Shown here piece after piece: positions 38,006 to 46,686 of a DNA stretch of 64,000 nucleotides (position 1 is the first letter of the stretch; every line of letters starts with the position of its first letter). Below the pieces are notes generated by a model that had not been told where the DNA came from, did no database searches, and saw only the letters and a program-made list of their open reading frames with translations. A program made the translations under genes and the position numbers. The DNA comes from an uncultured bacterium (GTDB lineage Bacteria; Patescibacteriota; Andersenbacteria; UBA10190; CAIZMI01): NCBI GenBank assembly GCA_903934015.1, contig CAIZMI010000034.1, positions 20,378 through 84,377 of the forward strand. The letters run 5' to 3'.

Positions 38006-38174
38006 GTTAGACCCTTTCTACTTATTCAATTATTGAAAATGCAATCAGAGCCACAGAACTTGGCAACTTACAATATTATATGCGGATGATCAAGGCTTTC
38101 TACTTACAAGGTGTCAACGCTAAATGACAGAATATCAATCAGTTACCACCTCTCAGTTAATTGTTGGCACCTGA

Positions 38175-38591
38175 TCAGATTTTTTTCTTTTCGGAAAGCC
38201 ACCCAATCAACATCGTCTTTAAACTTTCCGGAAGTAATTTAACTTTATTCAACGACTTTATTTCAATAAACTCGAAACTTATGTGATTTTCCCTGCTCAC
38301 AATTTTTTCTGTACCAATTTCGACAACAAACACTAAATTTAATTCGTGATGTTTCGTTCCATTCTGTTTAAATATGTTTTCGACTACACCAACAGATTCT
38401 CCTAATTTCGCAACAGTTCCTAATTCTTCTCTAATTTCCCTTGCAAGCGCTTTTTGGGCCGACTCCCCAAATTCTATATGACCACCCGGTAAAAAACACC
38501 AGTCGGCCTCTTTGGCCTTGCACACTAACAATTTATCCCCCGAAACAATCACCGCGCGTACAATATTCTCGATAAAAAGATGGCTATCCAT
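38175..38591 (-). CDS. Nudix hydrolase
   Basis: Nudix box GGHIEFGESAQKALAREIREELG. Confidence 0.8.
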   Translation of the reverse strand: MDSHLFIENIVRAVIVSGDKLLVCKAKEADWCFLPGGHIEFGESAQKALAREIREELGTVAKLGESVGVVENIFKQNGTKHHELNLVFVVEIGTEKIVSRENHISFEFIEIKSLNKVKLLPESLKTMLIGWLSEKKKI

Positions 38592-38702
38592 ATTTTATAC
38601 CCTAGCAGATATTAACATTCTTTTCACTCGAGGATTTTTACAAACTTGAGATATCACCCTCAAACTTGTAATGTACTAATACAAGCATTTTCATTAGATT
38701 AA

Positions 38703-39263
38703 ATGGCCACGAAATATACAAAAGACGAAAATGAAATAATTGAAAAAGCAATTCTTTTTCTTGTTACCGAATATGAAAAAACTGGATCCAATGAAAAACC
38801 GGTAATATTTCATAGTCTGCGCGTCGCTTGCAAGCTTGTGGAAGTTGGCGCATCAGCCACTATTGTTACCGCCGCCATTCTGCATGATTTAATTGAAGAC
38901 ACCAATGTTGATTTTGAGCGAATAAAAAATATTTTTGGCAGTGATGTCGCAAAGCTCGTCGACGCCGTTTCTTTTAAACCAAATATCGTTGACAAAGAAG
39001 AACGATATAAAGAAATGTTCGAAAGAACAAAAAATGCCGGAACAGATGCACTTAAAATCAAATGTGCAGATATTTTAGATAACAGTAGCTATTACTCATT
39101 CGGCCTTGACCAAGAACACGAAAAACGCTTGATAAACAAGCTAAAATATTTTTTGTTTATTGCAGAACCACAATTAGACGATTTTCCCCTCTTTCAATTA
39201 CTGAATGAACGTTATCAAACATTACTCACCCAATTTAATAACGACAATAAAAAGCCAATATAA
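38703..39263 (+). CDS. HD-domain (p)ppGpp-hydrolase-like small alarmone hydrolase (RelA/SpoT HD domain only)
   Basis: FHSLRVACKLVE…AAILHDLIEDT matches the Rel/Spo hydrolase HD motif. Confidence 0.65.
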   Translation: MATKYTKDENEIIEKAILFLVTEYEKTGSNEKPVIFHSLRVACKLVEVGASATIVTAAILHDLIEDTNVDFERIKNIFGSDVAKLVDAVSFKPNIVDKEERYKEMFERTKNAGTDALKIKCADILDNSSYYSFGLDQEHEKRLINKLKYFLFIAEPQLDDFPLFQLLNERYQTLLTQFNNDNKKPI

Positions 39264-39299
39264 TGTTCACACGACTTATTTTTTTAACCACACATTAAT

Positions 39300-39622
39300 A
39301 TGAAATTTAAAGATTTAATCTCTAAAGCACTAGTGATCAGAGCTACGTATGGCGAGTATGAAGAAAAAACCTATGGCAAAAGGTGGACTAAAGAAAATAC
39401 CGCCGAGGACTTTGTTGGAGACGTGGGTGATTTAATGAATTTGGTGCTGGTCAAACAAGGAGTACGGCAAATAGAGGAGATTGATAAATAATCGCGCACG
39501 AATTATCTGATTGTTTATGGTCAATTATAGTTTTGGCTCAGTTCTATAATTTTGATTTGGAGTCCGCTTTTTTAACAAACATAGATGAATTAAAGTCTTT
39601 TATCGAAAATAAGATTAAATAA
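39300..39622 (+). pseudogene. MazG-like NTP pyrophosphohydrolase with a single-A frameshift
   Basis: N-terminal part ends …VGDLMNLVLVKQGVRQIEEIDK at the stop at 39489-39491. The C-terminal part continues in the -1 frame (IAHELSDCLWSIIVLAQFYNFDLESAF…). One extra A in the gataaataatc run would fuse the two parts. Confidence 0.55.
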
Positions 39623-39637
39623 AAATAATTTTGTCAG

Positions 39638-40027
39638 TCACACAGAATGAGATTTCCGTAGCCCAATTGCGAGACTGCTGATACAAAGCGCGTGATCAAA
39701 CTTTCCACTGACAATCATTTTCCACAACTTGTCCTCATCAATGAAACTGCAATTTATTACTTCCGCAGGATCTTCTTTTGGTTGAGAAATCTTAACCGGG
39801 TTTTTGACGAGAAAAACAAACATCTTATTGCTCTGTCTGGCTGGATTTGGTGACACCGTACCAACAAAAGAAAAATCTCCCGTATAACCAGTCTCCTCTA
39901 ATAATTCCCTTTTCGCGGCTTCAAGCGGATTTTTGTCTTTTTCATCCACGGCACCGCATGGCAATTCATAGCTCACTTTGCCAATTCCGTGACGATACAT
40001 AATAAGGAGAGACTTTTGTTCCGTCAC
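39638..40027 (-). CDS. Nudix hydrolase
   Basis: Nudix box GAVDEKDKNPLEAAKRELLEETG. Confidence 0.8.
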   Translation of the reverse strand: MTEQKSLLIMYRHGIGKVSYELPCGAVDEKDKNPLEAAKRELLEETGYTGDFSFVGTVSPNPARQSNKMFVFLVKNPVKISQPKEDPAEVINCSFIDEDKLWKMIVSGKFDHALCISSLAIGLRKSHSV

Positions 40028-40374
40028 TGGTCACACAATCATCCGCACGCACCTTAATCCATCGATCAGATAATACATAACGAGACCGCAGCACTTTCCA
40101 AGGCTTAATAATCTTTTTAAAATTTTTGACTAATTTCATGAACTTTCCAGGTTAGTTATTATCATTCCCTTTATGAATCATCCACTGATTTAACCCTAAC
40201 CACTTTCTTATTTTATTTCAATAACCTCGCCCTATCGGTGGTAGATACGAGCATACAGATTGAATATTTTCATTCGATGTTATCACAAAACTTAACTTAT
40301 TAAGTATAAAATTATTTGTGATACTTTTAAAAGTGACTATTTACCAAAAACGGTAATGAACCTAAAGTATCAAT

Positions 40375-40995
40375 ATGCAAAGTCATAACCCTAATCCCGA
40401 CGATAAATTAATTTGGACGGAAATATCAAGAAAACAATTATTCGAGAAATTTTCTCGTGGCATTGATGATGTTGTCTTCAAATTTCCTGATAATCAAATA
40501 CACCATTATTTTATTAAAAATGAGCCGGACACGGTCTGCACACTGGCTTTTGATCAAAATAATCAGGTTATTTTGGCACAACAATTTCGACCCGGTCCAC
40601 AAAAGGTTCTTCTCACGCTCCCTGGAGGAGGCCTAGAGCCTGGTCATGATCCCATTTCAAGTGCCACAAGAGAACTAATGGAAGAGGTTGGTTACGAAAG
40701 CCATCTCAATCTCACTGCAACCTTTTTTGATGACGGGTACTCTACAAGCAGACGCTATTGTTTTTTAGCTGTAAATTGTACGAAAACAAATATCCAAAAA
40801 CTAGATCCGACAGAATTTATCAACACTGTTCAACTGCCCATTGATATCTTTATGGATGAACTCCGAAACGGAAGTATTACTGATCCGGAAGCAGCCTATG
40901 CTGCAATAGATTTTATTAATAAAAATGCGGATTCTCGGAAAGAATACAGCGACTTAAGTGAGTTGTTCAAAAAAACAATATATACGGCTTATTAA
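40375..40995 (+). CDS. Nudix hydrolase
   Basis: Nudix box PGGGLEPGHDPISSATRELMEEVG. Confidence 0.8.
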   Translation: MQSHNPNPDDKLIWTEISRKQLFEKFSRGIDDVVFKFPDNQIHHYFIKNEPDTVCTLAFDQNNQVILAQQFRPGPQKVLLTLPGGGLEPGHDPISSATRELMEEVGYESHLNLTATFFDDGYSTSRRYCFLAVNCTKTNIQKLDPTEFINTVQLPIDIFMDELRNGSITDPEAAYAAIDFINKNADSRKEYSDLSELFKKTIYTAY

Positions 40996-41383
40996 AAAAC
41001 CCTCCATGTTGAGAGGGCTTGTAATAATACAATTATCAGTTTTGAATCAATGGGGTGACACAAAAAGAAAAACAAAAAAGCGTGGTAAGCCTCATCAAGG
41101 GGTTGATAATAGAAGAAATTTTCCTTAAACAAGAGTAGTTTGTCTACCGTTATATCTAGTCCAATTTCCTCTTTGACCTCGCGCTTTAAAGCGTCCTCCA
41201 TTTTTTCTCCGACTTCCATCCCGCCCCGGGAAACCAAAGTTTACCATTACTTTTGTTTCGCATCGTTACAACCTTACCTTGCTCCAAAATAATACCGTAA
41301 ACGCTGGGTCGGAAATAAAACTTCTCGAGAGGAACATCCACCATTTCGTCAAAATTATTTTTGCAAGAAATAAATTTGTCCAT
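40992..41383 (-). pseudogene. Nudix hydrolase split by a frameshift in a G-run inside the Nudix box
   Basis: N-terminal fragment ends …KLWFPGAGWKSEKKWRTL. The C-terminal fragment begins VSRGGMEVGEKMEDALKREVKEEIG. One extra G in ggggcggg restores PGGGMEVGEK…. Confidence 0.55.
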
Positions 41384-41436
41384 TAGTCAACTATTTACAG
41401 AATGGTACCAAACGTGCGTTATTGCAACTGACACCA

Positions 41437-41739
41437 TTAGTTTCCCAAATGTCTCTGCAATAAAAATTTTGTCGTTAACTTTAATTTTCTATCAATGCGT
41501 AAATCATCCACGATTACTGCCAAATTTTGCCAATCTTCTTCTGTGAAATAACGCCACAACAGACGGTTGATGAAACGACTGTAATATTGACGTTCTTCCG
41601 CCGTGTTCCGCCATGGCTGTTTGCACAACATTCCGTCTCAGTTGGTCAGTGCCTCAATATCCGAGGGCGAATAATTCATCATAAATATAGTTTATCATTA
41701 ACGCCCGTGATATTGTTAATCTTGGCTATGCACAATTAA
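41437..41739 (-). pseudogene. paralog of the 80-aa small protein at 43719-43961, with TGG to TGA nonsense change
   Basis: Reads MMNYSPSDIEALTN-stop-DGMLCKQPWRNTAEERQYYSRFINRLLWRY…, about 90% identical to the intact copy. The stop codon sits where the paralog has Trp. Confidence 0.5.
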
Positions 41740-41819
41740 TATTTGCATGAATTTGACAACATAGGTCTCGTCCGTAACAGCCAAATTCGCGTTAATTTTA
41801 CTGTTTTGAATTATGCTTT

Positions 41820-41853
41820 TACAAAAAACCGCTTGCCTTTTGGGATTATTTGG
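41820..41853 (+). repeat. degenerate duplicate of the tyrS 3' end (copy 3 of 4)
   Basis: The reverse complement encodes GQIIPKGKRFFVKA followed by a stop. Confidence 0.5.
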
Positions 41854-41886
41854 CCAAATTTTTACACAAAAAAAGATCGGCTATCA

Positions 41887-42444
41887 CTAACCGATCTCAC
41901 AACCTCTTGATCTAAGAAAACGCATTAACGCCTCACTCGCATGAAAAAAGGTCCCGTTATTGGCGATCTCGATGTCCGCCAGTGAAACAACTTCGGCCAT
42001 TCCCGCTTCCGTCTTAAATCGGTCAATGAGACGCATTTCTGCAATCGCCACATCCAATGAACAACTCAAGCGTCGTTGCATATTAGATTGCCGACGATCA
42101 ACTGAAGCATGAATCAAAACAGTTAGGCAATTTGCACCAGGAAATGCTTCCACTATCCCCTGTTTCAACCAGGGATCGTAGCAACCATCAATCACAACAC
42201 TTACGCCTTTCTCCAGCATTTGCTGAAGAATAACGAGTGTTTTTTTGCGTGCACATTGCACTAAATGATTAGTACCGGCTTTTTTCCACCAGTCTCTAAC
42301 ATGCTTTTCCCCAGCAAACACCGCCAGTTCGTGCAACAACGCTCGTTCCTTGATTATCTGCCAACGAGGATCGGCTTCAACCAGCGCCTTCGCGATAGTT
42401 GATTTTCCCGTCCCGCTCGGTCCAGTGAGCAAAAGAATGAACAT
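41887..42444 (-). CDS. P-loop NTPase / small-molecule kinase-like protein
   Basis: Walker A LLLTGPSGTGKSTIA at the N-terminus. GC-richer than neighbours. Confidence 0.55.
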   Translation of the reverse strand: MFILLLTGPSGTGKSTIAKALVEADPRWQIIKERALLHELAVFAGEKHVRDWWKKAGTNHLVQCARKKTLVILQQMLEKGVSVVIDGCYDPWLKQGIVEAFPGANCLTVLIHASVDRRQSNMQRRLSCSLDVAIAEMRLIDRFKTEAGMAEVVSLADIEIANNGTFFHASEALMRFLRSRGCEIG

Positions 42445-42889
42445 TTCTCTTTTCCCTCCAAAAATCCGCGACTATTTGTTTTGTGCCGACAATGGTTTTT
42501 AATTTTTTCAGCTCCTTATTACTTACCCACTTGTAGACTTTGTGTTCATCGCTAAGTTGCAAAATTCCATCGCAACCAACCAAAAAAACAATACGCACAA
42601 TCAAGTAGCTGATGCCGTTTGTTTTAGTCAAAATCTGCGTTACTGTCAATGGCTCACTTTTAACGACCACCAACCCCGTCTCCTCTTTGACCTCCCTCTC
42701 CATTGCCTCTCGCGCCACCTCCCGCACCTCCAATTTGCCTTCGGGAAGTTGCCACAAACCCCTGAAAGATTTGTGATTTATACTGCGTTTCAACATCAAA
42801 ATACGACTGTTTTTATCGACAATAATCGCTGAAGCAACTAATTTAATTTGCGTTAAATCAGGTATGTTCATTTTGTAATTTTTGCGCAT
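42377..42889 (-). CDS. Nudix hydrolase
   Basis: Nudix box EGKLEVREVAREAMEREVKEETG. The C-terminal 68 nt overlap the downstream kinase ORF, so the true 3' end is uncertain. Confidence 0.65.
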   Translation of the reverse strand: MRKNYKMNIPDLTQIKLVASAIIVDKNSRILMLKRSINHKSFRGLWQLPEGKLEVREVAREAMEREVKEETGLVVVKSEPLTVTQILTKTNGISYLIVRIVFLVGCDGILQLSDEHKVYKWVSNKELKKLKTIVGTKQIVADFWREKRNVHSFAHWTERDGKINYREGAG

Positions 42890-43697
42890 AAGTTCGCATA
42901 CGTGCGACAACCTCTCTCACCTTTAACCAATTTTCATCCAAGTTTTTTTCTGCCAAATCCAAATGCAAAAATAATTGGCGAAATGATTCTTTGTAAGGTG
43001 CCCCTTCTAACAAAGGAAATGAACTGTAACCAACCTCGCGGTCTTCTTCAACCTCGCGAATATCATCGATCAGTTGCATGGCAACGCCATACCCATTAGC
43101 AAAACCCAAGGCTTTTTCTCTGACATCTTCACGCTCGGCCAAAGCGCACCCAAATAAAGCACCAATGGAATTAAACACACAAATATGTTCTATCCCCGGG
43201 CGATAATCACTAAAGTTTGTCGCTTTGTTTTCCCAAAGCAATGAAATATTCTTCCGCTGATAATAATGGTTCAAATTAATCTGCTGTAACAATATATCCA
43301 ACGCCTTCTTCTTATCCATTTCAATCAACATCCTTGTGCCTTCAATCGCCATAATATTCCCCGCAAAAACCAGGCACGACACTAAATCCCTTTCTTTGGG
43401 CATTTCGTCAACAATGTCATCGTGTGTCGAAATCGGTAGCATTGTCATCCCCAGCGCGATCAATGCCTTATCATCAACAGATTTTCCGGTTAAATCAAAA
43501 TGAAAAGCTTCACAAATGACCATCGGCGCCAAAGCGATTACTTTTTTCGGAAGAACAATAAACAATTTTTCTAAACCGGCATCAGGATATGATTTTACAA
43601 CTTCCGCAACTACCGGAATTAGCAACTCACGATAGCGCGTAACGTCGCCGTACAAATCTCCAACCAAACTTGATGTACCACCAACTTTTGATGACAT
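42858..43697 (-). CDS. polyprenyl synthetase family protein (short-chain trans-isoprenyl diphosphate synthase-like)
   Basis: Two Asp-rich motifs, HDDIVDE and QLIDDIREVEED. Confidence 0.7.
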   Translation of the reverse strand: MSSKVGGTSSLVGDLYGDVTRYRELLIPVVAEVVKSYPDAGLEKLFIVLPKKVIALAPMVICEAFHFDLTGKSVDDKALIALGMTMLPISTHDDIVDEMPKERDLVSCLVFAGNIMAIEGTRMLIEMDKKKALDILLQQINLNHYYQRKNISLLWENKATNFSDYRPGIEHICVFNSIGALFGCALAEREDVREKALGFANGYGVAMQLIDDIREVEEDREVGYSSFPLLEGAPYKESFRQLFLHLDLAEKNLDENWLKVREVVARMRTYAQKLQNEHT

Positions 43698-43718
43698 ATA
43701 ATTCCTTAATTATAACCC

Positions 43719-43961
43719 TTATTTCAAATGTCTTCGCAATAAAAATTTTGTGGTGAGTTTTAGTTTTCTGTCTATGCGCAAATCATCAACGATTTTTGCC
43801 AAATTTTGCCAATCTTCTTCTGTCAAATAACGCCACAACAGACGGTTGATGAAGCGACTGTAATATTGACGTTCTTCCGCTGTATTCCGCCATGGCTGTT
43901 TGCACAACATTCCGTCCCAGTTGGTTAACGCCTCAAGATCCGAAGATGAATAGTTCATCAT
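43719..43961 (-). CDS. small conserved hypothetical protein (80 aa) translationally coupled to the upstream NTase gene
   Basis: ATGA overlap with the 43958-44629 gene. A pseudogenised paralog lies at 41437-41739. Confidence 0.5.
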   Translation of the reverse strand: MMNYSSSDLEALTNWDGMLCKQPWRNTAEERQYYSRFINRLLWRYLTEEDWQNLAKIVDDLRIDRKLKLTTKFLLRRHLK

Positions 43962-44629
43962 AAGGTCGTACTGTTAATTAATTTATCTATTTGTGCTGTA
44001 ACTAATTCAATATTTGTTATGCCGTCACGTAAAAACATCTCCGGCCTTAATTGAAACTGCTCCCTTTTCGCAACAAGCTCGCTTAATAATTTTTCTTCAC
44101 CAATCGTTCCCAAACGAAATTTCTTTTCTGCGATTTCAGCAAGATTACGAAGAGACCAATTTTGTTTTTTTGTAAGAAAGGCAATATCGATATAATCCTT
44201 AATTTCATCTCGCGAACAAAGCGCCGACGCTTTGCCGGCGGCCGCATCTTCCAAACTCGCCGTTGCCAATGTTCCAAACACTACAAAGCTCCCAATTTGG
44301 GAAATATTATCGTGTACCGCGTCAATCACCATTCCACTGGCCTTATCCATCCAACCGCGATCAGTATCGACAATTTGATCAACACCAAAAAGCTCTTGCG
44401 CCAAACGGTGCAACCGGATCATCCGTTGGTTAAATACAAGCGCATCAACTTCCGGATAAGTAAAAAAATCAAGATCATTTGATTGTCGCGGAACAATACC
44501 CAACGCTTTTAATAATGTGCCACCGGTCAAATAAAAAGTACGCGCCAGTTCAACATCGTCAGCCACGTTTTTAATCACCTCCAATTGCGGTTCAGTTAAA
44601 TCTTGCAACTCATCAATTGTTCTAATCAT
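43958..44629 (-). CDS. nucleotidyltransferase of the AbiEii/DUF1814-like toxin family
   Basis: YLTGGTLLKALGIVPRQSNDLDFF resembles the AbiEii GGTAL…R.S.D.DF motif. Confidence 0.55.
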   Translation of the reverse strand: MIRTIDELQDLTEPQLEVIKNVADDVELARTFYLTGGTLLKALGIVPRQSNDLDFFTYPEVDALVFNQRMIRLHRLAQELFGVDQIVDTDRGWMDKASGMVIDAVHDNISQIGSFVVFGTLATASLEDAAAGKASALCSRDEIKDYIDIAFLTKKQNWSLRNLAEIAEKKFRLGTIGEEKLLSELVAKREQFQLRPEMFLRDGITNIELVTAQIDKLINSTTL

Positions 44630-44692
44630 ATTTTAAGTTTAACCTATCGCCATACGTAAGTACAGAATAAACGCGCCTGCAAAAAAAGATAC

Positions 44693-45889
44693 TTATCCCA
44701 CCCGCACGAAAAATCGTTTGCCCTTTTGGATTTTATTACCTGTTTTAACTTTTTGTTCAATTGATTTTACAACTTCTTCGTCGATTTTAACCGCGCCCTG
44801 TTCAACCAATTGACGCGCTTTTGTTTTGCTCGTGGCGATTTTACTTTCTACTAACGCATCGACAATCGTCATGCCGGCAACTTTAGCTGTTGGCATTTCA
44901 TCTGGCGTTGTTTTCTTCTGAAAAACATTCACAAAGTAGTCTTGCGCTTCTTTAGCCGCCGCTTCCCCTGCATACATTTTTACCAACTCGGAAGCCAGGG
45001 CCATCTTGATATCGCGTGGATTCGTTTTACCGGCTTTTAATTCCTTGGCATATGTTTCCACCTGTTCCATCGGTAAACGTGTGCAATGCTCAAAATACGT
45101 GACAATTAGGCCATCTGGAACACTCATCACCTTCCCAAACATGTCGTTCGGCGCATCAGTGAGATTGATCGTGTTGCCCCAACTGGAGCTCATCTTGCGA
45201 CCGTCCGTACCCAATACCAAATTTGTCATCACGATGTCTTGCGATTCTTGTCCGTAGTGTTTTTGAATTTCTCTACCGGCCAACAAATTGAAACGTTGAT
45301 CCGTACCACCTAGTTCGACATCGGATTTCACCGCCACGCTGTCATAACCTTGCATCAAGGGATATAAAAGTTCGCGCAACGAAACACGACTTCCCTCTTT
45401 CAGGCGTTTGCTGATATTTTCACGCGCAATAAATTCGGCCAAGGAAAAATAATTAGCAAGCCGACCAATTTCCGCAAAACCCAATTTCTTAAGCCAAGAG
45501 GAATTATATTGCACTTCCGCTTTTTCAAGATCCAAAATTTTCCCGGCCTGTTCAACGTAGGTTTTCATGTTCTTGGCGATTTCTTGCTCCTCCAACATTT
45601 TCCGTTCGCTTTCCTTGTCGGAAGTATCACCAATTACGCCCGTAAAATCACCGACAATGAAAACTACTTGGTGTCCAAGCTTTTGGAAATCGCGCAATTT
45701 GAGCAGTGTTACTGAACGACCAATGTGAAGATTAGGGCTAGTCGGATCAATCCCCAATTTAACCCGCAGTTGTTTTCCCGATAACAACTGTTCTTCCAGA
45801 TGTTTTTTATCGATAACCTCATTAACACCGCGTGTTAACAATTCACTAATGGCTTCTTTGTCGGTACTTAATTCCATAACATTCAGCAT
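44693..45889 (-). CDS. tyrS: tyrosyl-tRNA synthetase
   Basis: HIGH motif (PTSPNLHIGRSV) and KMSKS motif (KMSSSWGN). C-terminal S4 domain ending KGKRFFVRVG. Confidence 0.9.
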   Translation of the reverse strand: MLNVMELSTDKEAISELLTRGVNEVIDKKHLEEQLLSGKQLRVKLGIDPTSPNLHIGRSVTLLKLRDFQKLGHQVVFIVGDFTGVIGDTSDKESERKMLEEQEIAKNMKTYVEQAGKILDLEKAEVQYNSSWLKKLGFAEIGRLANYFSLAEFIARENISKRLKEGSRVSLRELLYPLMQGYDSVAVKSDVELGGTDQRFNLLAGREIQKHYGQESQDIVMTNLVLGTDGRKMSSSWGNTINLTDAPNDMFGKVMSVPDGLIVTYFEHCTRLPMEQVETYAKELKAGKTNPRDIKMALASELVKMYAGEAAAKEAQDYFVNVFQKKTTPDEMPTAKVAGMTIVDALVESKIATSKTKARQLVEQGAVKIDEEVVKSIEQKVKTGNKIQKGKRFFVRVG

Positions 45890-45919
45890 AGCGGATTCCC
45901 GCTTAAGCAGGAATACCCG

Positions 45920-46249
45920 TTATAAAGGATTCCTTCCTGCTTGCAACAGAACCCTTTGTTCCTCAATTATTTTTCGGAAAGATTCATCAACTCGATTCAA
46001 ATCAACCAAATCGACTTTAATTGGTAAATTCGATTCGGAAAAAACATCTGCCATTAATCCCAATACTTTCGAATCAATCGGTTTCTCACAGTCAATAGCC
46101 AAATCAAGATCAGAAGCTGGTTTTGCCTTTCCACTTATTCGTGAACCAAAAACCCAAACAGCGCAACTTGAAACATGAGTGCGTAAAATGTTATTCACAA
46201 TCTCCAATTGTTCCGAACTTAAATCAATTTTTTTAGTTGCTTCGTTCAA
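45920..46249 (-). CDS. minimal nucleotidyltransferase (MNT/HI0073-like)
   Basis: NTase signature VFGSRISGKAKPASDLDLAID. Confidence 0.7.
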   Translation of the reverse strand: MNEATKKIDLSSEQLEIVNNILRTHVSSCAVWVFGSRISGKAKPASDLDLAIDCEKPIDSKVLGLMADVFSESNLPIKVDLVDLNRVDESFRKIIEEQRVLLQAGRNPL

Positions 46250-46628
46250 GGTTTTCCAGTAAATATTTCGCTTCCGTTAAAAATGGTTCCGCAAAAGAAT
46301 AAACGTGCGTCGCCACCTTCACATCATATGTATGTGATGTTTGATTTCGCGCTTTTCGATATTCAAACCATTGTTCGACATTTTTAACATATCCCCGTTC
46401 AAACGCAGTTCGTAAAATGTCGTTATATATCATTTGATCAACATTGTCGTTGTGCTTCATTTCCAAAACCCTTTTAATAAATTTTACCGCCAGTTCATGG
46501 GAATATTCAAAACGCTGAATCACGCCATCGCGGGATAATTCGTTTTCCGGTTCTTTTTTCGCGCGCAAAAGCCCTTCTTCAAGCTGTTTCAGAGCATTTT
46601 TAAGTGGAGTGAGATCCAGTACGTTCAT
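46233..46628 (-). CDS. HEPN-domain protein (HI0074-like NTase substrate-binding family)
   Basis: Rx4HxY HEPN motif RNQTSHTYD near the C-terminal third. Start taken at the internal Met. Confidence 0.6.
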   Translation of the reverse strand: MNVLDLTPLKNALKQLEEGLLRAKKEPENELSRDGVIQRFEYSHELAVKFIKRVLEMKHNDNVDQMIYNDILRTAFERGYVKNVEQWFEYRKARNQTSHTYDVKVATHVYSFAEPFLTEAKYLLENLERSN

Positions 46629-46686
46629 AAAGTCAGTGTACAACCAATTGCGCCAATGTTCCAAATTCCATATCCTGAAGAGTACT

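Noticed and set aside
41437-41739. UGA recoding (TGA read as Trp or Gly), suggested by TGA aligning with TGG in the small-protein paralog
   Set aside because: Genes throughout the window end at TGA, TAA or TAG with sensible protein lengths, and Trp is encoded by TGG elsewhere. A single nonsense mutation in a degenerate paralog is the simpler explanation.
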